Below the pieces are notes generated by a model. The model searched no databases, had not been told where the DNA came from, and was given only the letters and a program-made list of their open reading frames with translations. Of a stretch of 64,000 nucleotides of DNA, positions 36,001-46,263 are shown piece after piece (the stretch's first letter is position 1; each line of letters opens with the position of its first letter). The stretch is from Magallana gigas (Eukaryota): contig NC_088860.1 of assembly GCF_963853765.1 (NCBI RefSeq), forward strand, positions 30,938,001 through 31,002,000, read 5' to 3'. A program made the position numbers and the translations under genes.

Positions 36001-36898
36001 ATATTACTGTAATCTTATTAAACTGTTAATAAACATTAAAAACCAATAATACTAAAAATTTATTGTTAAGTTGTTTTCAAACTTCAAAGTGTATACATCG
36101 TAACATGTGTTTGCGTAACTACTGTGGAATCGTTAGATTTCATGGTGGCTCAATTTTCGTGGAATTCGTGGGTACCTCGCATCCATGAATTAACATGCTC
36201 CACAAATTAATAAATTAGGGTATTTCCTTTGTAGGCTTAAGAAAATACACAAAATTACGTCCCCACCAACCTGTAAAATTTAAGCAATCCACGAAAATTT
36301 GCCCCCACAAAATTTAATGATTCCACAGTATACTAGAAAATTAAACTATTGACTGTTGAATTTGCAGCGTGAAGTATGATACCTTTGATATTCTTTCTGA
36401 TGAGGAGGTAAGACAAGGTTTGAAGAAATATTCTAATTGGCCGACTTATCCCCAACTGTATGTTAAAGGAGAGTTGATTGGTGGATTAGACATCATCAAG
36501 GTAAAAGTAATGAAGTAGCGTTACTTCATAAACACAACTTTTTAATATGATTGATTTTATTATTGTAATGATAAACATAAATTTGTATAGCTGAAATAAA
36601 AATGCATAAAATAATAATATGTACGAAATTCAACACTATCACAGTAATATACATGTGCAAACAATGTTAATTTTTGTCTGCGCAGATATGAACTCACACT
36701 AACAAAACATTGAACTATGAGAGTATTTATAGTCGTTATTAAAGATGCAAATTGACTCAAAATTAAAATTTACTATATCCAGATTACGGTACTGTGTAAG
36801 AGGATGATTGAATTCAAATATGTAATTTTTTGTTTTCAATTTATTTTTAGGAACTAAAAGAATCTGGAGAGCTTGAATCTGTATTGAAAGGACAGTAA
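30093..36898 (+). CDS. GLRX3: Glutaredoxin-3 (PICOT), 328 aa. Exons 30093-30154, 33522-33636, 33946-34020, 34264-34386, 34700-34784, 34903-34992, 35246-35390, 35857-35967, 36368-36500, 36851-36898
   Basis: Trx-like domain with WAPQC, then two monothiol Grx domains each with MLFMKG.P..PRCGFS and [22 protein letters not shown]; GT-AG introns in phase; AATAAA at 37066-37071. Confidence 0.97.
30883..33036 (+). mobile_element. Composite Helentron-associated element in GLRX3 intron 1
   Basis: 5' TTTTTTAGCTCACCGAGAC, (GGCGTC)n microsatellite, ~166-177-bp tandem units, 3' inverted GTCTCGGTGAGCT (33001-33013) and hairpin GTAATCTGTGATTAC. Confidence 0.82.
32090..32870. repeat. Degenerate AT-rich low-complexity array (ATATC/ATACA/ATTGT pentamers)
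   Basis: About 0.8 kb of mixed-orientation TATGATA/TATCATA/ATTGTA motifs. Confidence 0.85.
36120..36330. mobile_element. MITE (TACTGTGGAATC termini) in a GLRX3 intron
   Basis: TIRs TACTGTGGAATC...GATTCCACAGTA; a second copy lies at 45525-45733. Confidence 0.87.
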
Positions 36899-37731
36899 AA
36901 CTTATACGCAAAGGGAGAGAACTCTGACTAGTGCTAGCCAACTCTGTTGTCATTTGTAAAATGATGCACATATATATTAATGGTTATGTCATTTACACAT
37001 GATTGGTATGTGCATTCTGTATCAAAATGTTGAAATATGGTCTGTTCATGATATTCCACTTCAAAAATAAATGGAGCTTTTAAAAGAAGAAAATGTAGTT
37101 GTGTGTGTTTTTTTATGGGGGGGGGGGGGGGGGGGGGATACATCAGCGACATCTATTTATATCTCTGGTTGCATTAATGAATTTTTGTAAACTTTACTCA
37201 AATTTTATGTGACAATACAGTGTATTTATTTATATTATGATGAAAAAAAGTTTACAGTGGCTCTTCTTGTTATAAGTCCAAAAAAGACACCTGAGTATAA
37301 TTGATATTTTGTCCTATAATCAACATCCTACGGACTAAAGTATTGTCATTTCGTTTTTGCAAAGGTTCTACAATACTAAAAATAATTATACTATATACAG
37401 AAACAATTTAAGTTCTTTTGCAAAATATATACATTAAAATAAGGTTATGTAGAGGATATATTTCAAATAAATGGCGCCGGGGGATTTTAAGGTCATGAGT
37501 CATAAAATGACGAATTCTTTAGAAATTCATACGCTGAAATGTAAAGTGCTGAAAATATTTATAAAGAAAAAATATATAGCTTGGTACATTTTTCAAACTA
37601 AATTTAACAATAATATTAAACACCTACCAGCAAAATTGCATAAAAAGATACAAAGCCGTTTAATTTATGTTTGTAATACTCGATCAAACCGCGCACTACA
37701 TTTGTCACCAAACAGGTGCGCATACAGGTAA

Positions 37732-37739
37732 CCGGAAGT
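37732..37739 (+). promoter_or_regulatory. ETS/GABP-type CCGGAAGT motif upstream of the transferrin-family gene
   Basis: Exact motif about 60 nt before the ATG at 37798. Confidence 0.4.
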
Positions 37740-37797
37740 GGATTGATTTGGAATGGCGTAGGAAAACAACGACTAGATAACTATTTGAAATAACACG

Positions 37798-39022
37798 ATG
37801 GGCACGAACATCTGTGTAACGTTCTTTGCCTTCTTATGTTTAATCGCACTGAGTAATGCTCAAACACAATGTAAGTAATTTCATCTTCTGAATTTTACCG
37901 TAATTTTACCTTGTTTACAGGTGTGCAATAGAGAATCCGGAAATGGAATTGCATTTGTTGATGTTTTGGATATACCGTATTGAATTTGATGTATAAAATA
38001 TTGCTTTGTACTGTACAATTTGTCTTGTCGTATTTATCTATGATTCTGTATTTTATTTATCTGCTAAACAGCTAAAGGTAAGAACACAGGTGTGATTTCC
38101 CCTCACCTTGCTTTGATTTTGTTGGAACAGTACAGATCTCCCCTATTTGTCAAAATGTCTTCAATATGATAAACTTTCTGTCATTTAATGTTGTAAATTC
38201 GTGTGTCTTGTGGTTTCATTATAAGTTTAACTATATAAGAATCCTCCCAACTCGATAACATTATTGTTTATAAATTAAATATTGTATTCAGTACACTATT
38301 TTTTATCTGAAAAAAAGAAGAATAAATTAGTTTACAGAGAAAAAAATTCCAAACATAAAGTGACAATACTTATTGTAATACAGAAGAAGAATGTTAACAG
38401 ATTTTTCTTTTATTATGCTGGTAAAACAGCAAGTTATAGATATTTCTTGTGCTACAGTGCAATATTTAAATGAATTCAGCATATTGAAATGTTAAATGGT
38501 TGTATATTTGTAAAACTAATGTTCTTTGCCTCCTAGAACTTTAAAATATGTAATGATCGACAGACTGTTAAAATCGCACATCGATCACAAAACTTACTTT
38601 GAGTGGTGATATGTACACATTTTCTCTGGAGCAATTCCATGCAATCATTTTATGTGATGTCTTAGATTATGATTATTTTTGGAAGTCGGAATTTTGATGA
38701 TTTATTTTTTTTAGGCCCATGCTTTTATCATTTAAGTTTCATGGTCCTTTTGTTACCTGAAACACACTGAAATTAGTAGATTTGTACCATATATATTTGA
38801 GCATGACGTACCTTAATTCTGCGGCGTGTCTTGTCTATCATTTCAGATTCATTCTTCATGTGTAAAAAAGAAATACACATAGAAGTTATACTTATTTACT
38901 GAGTTTAAATTGCACTATAAATTTTGAGTGCAATGATTTATGTATTAAGTTTATGGTAAATACAGTTCTTTTTGTGTTCTTACATGTTCTGACATCCATC
39001 TCGACTCATTCCATACTTAAAG

Positions 39023-39062
<40 letters not shown>

Positions 39063-42000
39063 ATAAAATCTAATAAATTTGAATGTACTCTGTGTCTTGA
39101 TATTGGTTTTATATTTACTCTGTTTAGGTTTTTAATAACAAAGGACACTTTGTTTATTTGCTAGTTTTAAGATGGTGTGTAATCTCAGAAGCCGAACAAA
39201 AGAAATGTCAGGATCTGAAAAAAGTGGCTGCAAGCATGTACGCCAATAGAGTACCAAGCTACGAGGTCATTCCACTGATAGAATGTGTTCTGGGAAAAGA
39301 CGTGTAAGTAAAAAATATTCCAAAAAATCAAAACTTCTTGATTTTGCTTAATTAATATAGGACACCTTTAATACCTTTAACTGAATGATAATTAACCTAT
39401 ATACCACTGAATCATGTAGATATTGATTCTATAGATGTTATTTGTGTAATGGAATTACTGTTTTGAATACCAGGTATAACTGCATGGAGAAGATCCAGGA
39501 CAATGATGCTGATATCATGGCCCTTGACACAGGACAGGCCTACTTTGGAGGGAGGTACTACAACATGATGCCCTTCCTAGCAGAGAAATACAGCCCAGGG
39601 GGCGCAGGTAGGACGATAAGTAAAAAGTTCATCTTCTTACAAAGGGTTAACAGAAGTCATCAAGATTTGTTGTTGTTGATTTTAAATATATTGTAATAAC
39701 AATGAAATGGTTGATGTTATAGGTACAGGTACAGGAGATGGAATGAACTACTATGCTGTAATAGTTGCCAAGAGAGGATCACAGTTTAATGTCTTTCAAC
39801 TGCAGGACAAAAGGGCTTGTTTCCCAGGTAATTCTTTGCCTTTGCTTTCTCACTGTATGGAATATTACAGTTCTAAATGTCACCATTAAATGGTAATTTC
39901 CATCCCATTTTGTGCTATGAGAACAATTGATATTAATTTTGTAGTGAGTTTTTGATACTTCTGTGAAATTCTTTCTACTTTTTGTAACATAAGAACAATA
40001 TCTTTGAGTTTTGCAATGAATCAGTATTTTGAATCTGCTGTGAAATATTGAAACATGATTTACAACTCATTGGTTCATTTTCAGGGGTTGGAACTGCAGC
40101 TGGATGGCTCTATCCTATTGGTGAATTTGTAAAGAAGAACGGTCAGACCAACATCATGCAGGTGACAGAATGTAACGCCATTGTTAAAACCGCCACCAAC
40201 TTCTTCAAGTCCATGTGCTTGCCAGGAGCCCTGACATCTTTTTATAACCCGTTCGGTAAGCTGGTAGCCATTACTCTGAAATCTGCAGATGGCTCAATAC
40301 GTGAAGTTGAATAAATTCAACTCATTGCTTAAAATATTCAAAAGTAGACAGAGTTTTATTCCTAGATTTGTAATAAAAATATTCCAGATATAAAACAAAA
40401 CTTAACTGCAAAATTACAAATTACCTATTTTACTTAGGAAACAATCCAGCGAGAATTTGTGAGTTATGTTCTGGGTTCTTGGAAAAGAAATGCTCGACTG
40501 ACGACCCATTTGCTGGATATGACGGAGCATTTAAATGTATGTCGGAGGACGCCGGGGATGTGGCCTTCCTGAGACATGACACCGTGGCACAGATGGCCAT
40601 GAACTCCAGCTATATGCCTGATGTAAGTAGTACATGTATATCTCAGAGAGATGGCCATAAACTTCAGCTTTATGCTTGATTTAGTAAAGACTCATGAAGC
40701 TAAATGTATGAAGAGTTTATACATAAATCTGAGAAATAGACTGGGGGGGGCACTTTTTGCCTGATGAATGTTCATGTGATGGGTGTCTATGTCCTATGTC
40801 TGAGACATAGGCCTTTGGCAACAACAATACATGTCAGATGTTTGTTCATGTTTATACACGTACTATATCTGGGCTTAAGGTTGACATAAATGTCAATGTA
40901 ACAATGTCTACAGTACATGCGAATAAATTTCGTGAACTAGCTGTTACAATAGCATGTTTAACACCATGTTTCTTTCCAGAACTATGAGTTGCTGTGTCCC
41001 AATGGGATGCGAGTGCCCGTGACAGATTATATGACCTGTAACTATGGATCCATCCCTGCCAACACTGTAATGACCTCCTCATTGAAAACCAAACCAGAGG
41101 TGGACGTCTACAAGAACTTCCTGCTGAAAGCTGCACAATGGTTTGGTCCCAGCGGACAGTACAGGAACCAGTTTGATATGTTTAGCTCCCAGCCCTGGGG
41201 ATACTTTAACCGTAGAAATCTGCTATTTACGGACAGCACACAGACACTGGTGGATGTTGGAGAGAAAAACACTTACTACAGTTGGGTTGGTGAGTTGAAA
41301 ATCTTAGGAACTCAGCTTTATACCTACACATGTTTACCAGTATATGCCTTCTACCCTCAAGCTTGTTAAAGTTGTTTCCCAAAACTACCAATTGCCTTCT
41401 TGTGTGAAAGTGTTCAGTCTGCCATCATCTGAGGCCTTATCTGCCATTGTTTGGAATCCACATAGCTCTCTTTTGACATTTGTCTGCTTGAGCATAAAGT
41501 GTTGTAAACTTGTATTGATGTGTAATATTTTGCCACCGTTGTTTAAATATGTGAAATATACAATCTCTGTGTACATAGAGCATAAAATGTTAATAAACTG
41601 TTAGATACAATTAAACCAAAGGTCATATGCAAAGGTCAATCTCTGGCAATGATTTATGCTGATGGATCAACAATTTCAGTATTAAGCTACAATTTACAAG
41701 GTATTCTCTTTTCAAGCAGCTATGGCCAGATGAAAGATGGTTGTACGTTTTAGGCAGTGGTTGCAATGAAATGGCCTAGCTCTTTTTAAATGTAATTTTC
41801 AGCTCATGAGCCATTAATTATTTCTTTTGCTAGATAATGACTTCTATCAGATAATGGAGTACCACAATGCCTGCCCCTTGATAACAGCCCGACTCTGCGT
41901 CATCTCCAAGCAAGAGAAGAAGAAGTGCGAGAAGATGATGATGGCCTTTAACGCCAAGGACTTGCGTCCAAGTCTGGACTGCATCAAAGGGAAGGGAACG

Positions 42001-44458
42001 GACGACTGCATGAAGCTGATATCCAAGGGAGACGCAGATATGGTGATGTTGGACCCCGGGGATGTGTACTTAGCAGGAAAGTAGGTCAAATTGCAAACGT
42101 TCACTCTAGATCAAGACTGGTAATTTGGAATCAATTTTGTTTTGTTTTTTTTTAAAGTAAAAAAGGTAAAACTACCATGACTCTGTAGATCAAAACTGTT
42201 AATTTGGAATCAATTAATTTTATTTAAAAAAAAAAATTTAAAAAGGCACAATTATTATGACTGTCCTAATGAGTATATATATATATTTTTTTTAAAAAAA
42301 AGATAAAATTCAAACTATGACACACTGCAAATTTTATTTCAAAATTAGCATTATTTAAAATTTTTGATGAACAGGAAATATGGCTTGGAGCCATTTGTGG
42401 TTGAGGACTATGGGAATATGAATGCCTCCGTCCATGTGGTAGCTGTGGCCAGAAAGAGAGACCACTATATGACGTTGTTCAACCTCAAAAGTAAGTTCTC
42501 CTCTGAAAAGTTATCAAGCGTTTTTGCATGAATATATAGCATATGAAATTAATTTCATTGAATTCAATAGCAACCTTATAAATAGCTTATTTTGGTAATT
42601 TGTTACTATCAAAGATAATAAAAAAACCCATTAACAACATCAGTAAAAAGAAAATGGAGTGTTACAAACATAATTTACATGCATTTGGATACTAAAAATG
42701 TTTTCCTCATTGTAGAGAAAAGAGCTTGTTTGCCAGGAATTGGTCGGGGAGACGGATGGATCATCCCAATGAATATCTTTATTGAAACAGAGCAGTTCAT
42801 TCCGCAGCACTGTACCCTCTTTGAAAATCTGGGTAAATGTCTCTAATCAAATAAAGCTAAGATGATTCTGAGCTCTCTTAAGATGCATATTTAAAATATG
42901 ATATGTACAATATGCAATGGTAGTATGCCCAAAGCAAGAAAACCCAATTTGAAAATGACTTGAGATGAAAAGGAATACATTTTAAAATAGCAATTGAATT
43001 ACTGCAATAATCTTCCTAATTAGATTTTAATTTTAGCTAAGCTGTCTTAATAGTAGAGCAAGTGTTGACAGATGGTATCTTTAAAGTAATTCATTATATT
43101 GTCAGTAAAAGTTTGTTTCATTTTATTTCTATTTGACTGACTTATCCTGCTTTGTTTGGTCGACAGGTCAGCTGTTTATCCATTCCTGTATCCCTGGGGC
43201 TATGGACAAGGACTACAACCCCAACCAGAAGCCGGTCAGTCTGTGCGAGGGCTGCGCAGCGGGCGGCTTCAGAAAGTGTCAGAGAACCAGTGAGGACCAG
43301 TACTTCAGCTCCAGCGGGGCATTCCGCTGTCTCACTGAGAGTGAGTCTAGAGGATCCATTATTGTTCATTCACTAATATATAATCATGGTGGCTTGATTT
43401 TTTTTATTGGATTTCATGGGTACCACTCATTGACATCCTGATATAGAATTATCAAACACCATCTTTATTCTTTCTTTATATCATGGGAGCACAAAGTTAT
43501 ACCCCTACAAATCTGTTAAAAACTGGAAGGCCCCCCTCCCCCTTCAAAAAAAAAAATGTGCTCACATAAATTGAAATGTAAACCAAATTGATATTTCGTT
43601 TTTACTGAACAAAAGATTAACTTTTAATCTTCGCTTTTGTAAGTGATATGCAATAAAAAAGGTGATTTTTTCAATATTTTTTTTTTACAGAGGGTGGAGA
43701 TATTGCGTTTGTGAAACATCTGACAGTACGTGGCAATACTGATGGTAGGAGACAGTCCTACTGGGCCCGAAACAGGCGTTCTGATGACTACGAGTTGATG
43801 TGTAAAGATGGCCGCAGAACCCATATTGATGACTGGGAGAACTGTCACCTCGGCCAGATTCCTGCCAGCGCCATGGTTACAGCCAGTAAGTAATGCTTTT
43901 GATAAAGCGGGATGACAAGTGTATTGTTTGTAACTGTGTACACAACTTCATATATTCCAGTGTTTAATTCTAGTCTTTTATAAGAAATAATTTTTTTTTT
44001 AATTTTCAGAGTACAAGAGTGAACAGGATAGAACCATATTTTGGCAGCTGTTAAACTATGGTCAACAATTCTTTTCCTCAGACATGTAAGTATTGCACTT
44101 TAAGTCAGTCACATATCACTAAAATTTAAACTTGCTGTATGTTATAATTTTGGGTAGATTTATTTTTTGACTGAGTTTTCTCCCTTTGGTTCATAGTGAA
44201 GGAGACTTCCATTTATTTGATTCTGGGACTTGGTACAATGATCTGATATTTTCCGACGACGCTGTGCGATTAATGAGGCTGGACAAGAGCATGCAGGATT
44301 ACAGGAATTACCTGGGTCAGGACTTTATCAACAAGGTGGAAAACCTGCACAAGTACACCTGTGTTCCAGTCAAACCCAGCAAAAAAAGCTCCTCGTCACA
44401 CACTTCCATCTCTCTCCTACTACTGGCAGCCATATTCATACTCCAATTGGTTGTGTAA
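37798..44458 (+). CDS. MELTF: Melanotransferrin-like bilobed transferrin, 767 aa, signal peptide and GPI-type C-terminus. Exons 37798-37870, 39165-39303, 39474-39607, 39723-39827, 40085-40255, 40438-40622, 40980-41289, 41834-42080, 42375-42490, 42716-42832, 43167-43340, 43691-43885, 44010-44085, 44197-44458
   Basis: LRWCVISEAEQKKC, ALDTG, YYAVIVAK, AGWLYP, GYDGAFKC, GDVAF.RH, YELLC in lobe 1; paralogous LCVIS..EKKKC, MLDPG, GWIIP, GAFRCL, GDIAFVKH, YELMC in lobe 2; hydrophobic tail SSSSHTSISLLLLAAIFILQLVV*. Family is certain; orthology to vertebrate MELTF is inferred. Confidence 0.92.
39027..39060. repeat. (TC)n microsatellite
   Basis: Perfect run of 17 units. Confidence 0.95.
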
Positions 44459-45524
44459 CATACATGTATGCTGGTGACTTCAACAACAAAGTGATAAAAC
44501 ATATTTCATGGATGAAAGTTGTGATGAAAGTGTGTCTTTCAGAAATGTATCTGTCTTATATGTATATCATTGTCATTATTACTGTGTAATTGTGAGGATT
44601 TTTTAAAAACATTTTATATCAATCAATTGCAAGAAGCATGTGTAGTTACATTGTATATTCATTACGTTATAACCACTGTATTATATCTCTATTACCCCCT
44701 TTTTAATCTTTAATGTCATGGAGTTGAAGAATGAGGAAAAAACCACAAGTCCCACATGGTGCATTCTTCCTCCAAAACACCTCATTCAGGGAAAGGTTGT
44801 GCATTTTGTTGTAAATTACTTATATTATATACCCACTACCCACACTGTGTCCATACTGCACTTACTACAAGTAGATAGATATAGGTTTAGTTTTTAACCA
44901 AAGATTTGATCGAAATCATTTAAAATCCAATTTTTTTTTTGTTCGATACTCTGACATCATATAGGCTCAAACTCTTTTGTTAATCTGGCAATGATTTTTA
45001 TGTAGGATTTCTAGAGGTATGTTTGTACAAGTGTGTTTTTCCATTAATTTGTATCAGGTGCCATTTATATGCTTTGTACATTCCTAGATATGAATGCTAA
45101 TATTTTATACAAGAGAGTGTACAGTCATTGAGAGAATGAGAGAGTGCTTATTTGTAAATACTTGTATCTATTTTTATACAAATCATTTTTTATTTCGAAT
45201 GTACTTGACATGTATGCAAATATTTTGTATTTTAGGAGAGTGTAATGAATTGTATTTTATGATGATTATCCAGTAATTAATATAAACTGAGTTTTTCATT
45301 AACTAGTACTGGCTTATACCAAAGAGTTTGGTTTAAGTTCTTTTTCTCTAAAATCTAATTTATGAACAAATTTAGAAATTCATGAAGATGTTAACTGTCT
45401 TTATACTGGAAATTTCAACTGGACACAAATAAACTGAAAAACTTAAGATCTTGACTGGTTTTCATTCCATTTATAGAGGAAATGTTAAGAGCCTCAATGA
45501 TGAGACTCTTGAAGATGTCATGAT

Positions 45525-45733
45525 TACCATGGAATCATTAGATTTCATGGTGGCTCAATTTTCATGGAATTAATCCACGAATTAACATCCTCCATGAATT
45601 AATAAATTGGTTCTATAGTGTCACATTTCTTCTGCAGGTATAAGTTGATACACAAAATTACATCCCCATGAACCTGTAAAATTTTAGGAATCCACGAAAA
45701 TTGGCCTCCATGAATTCTAATGATTCTATAGTA
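45525..45733. mobile_element. Older copy of the 36120 MITE family
   Basis: Colinear with 36120-36330 (GGAATCATTAGATTTCATGGTGGCTCAATTTTC...AATCCACGAAAATT), with eroded TIRs. Confidence 0.82.
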
Positions 45734-46263
45734 CATATACAGTCATTGTTGTAGATTATGGCACATGCTAAATACATCCCAAAAAGCATATGAACAAGTC
45801 CAATGTGTACCGGTAGATATTTACAGGTTAAAAACAAATTTGCACTCTTAAATGTTTATACCATTACACACTGTACAGACAATGCATGATTTGTTTGTAA
45901 TTTCTTTCACGATACTTCCATCAGAAGTAAGAGAATTAGAACCAAAGTTATATCCAGTAAATACTGTACAATGATAAATACAAGTCAATAAACAGAATTT
46001 ATTTTGGCACATGTCACACACATTATTTTCTGTAACTGCATTAGTATAAAAGTATAAAATAACAACCAATGAAAATATGAATAAATTAATATATATACAT
46101 GTGAATACAATTTTAACTGTAGGGAATGTTACTATTAACATTTTCTAGTATTCTACATTAGTTTTTCTAATTGTTTGCAATTAAAAAAGATGATTGCGTA
46201 GATGCACACAGGTAAAATGGATGTTATAAAGTTCAACATGGTGGGAAGAAAATCAAGCATCTT

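Noticed and set aside
37200-37270. Iron-responsive elements near GLRX3 and the transferrin (CAGTGT at ~37218, CAGTGG at ~37255)
   Set aside because: Flanks do not form the 5-bp upper stem with a bulged C; no IRE seen by eye in either UTR.
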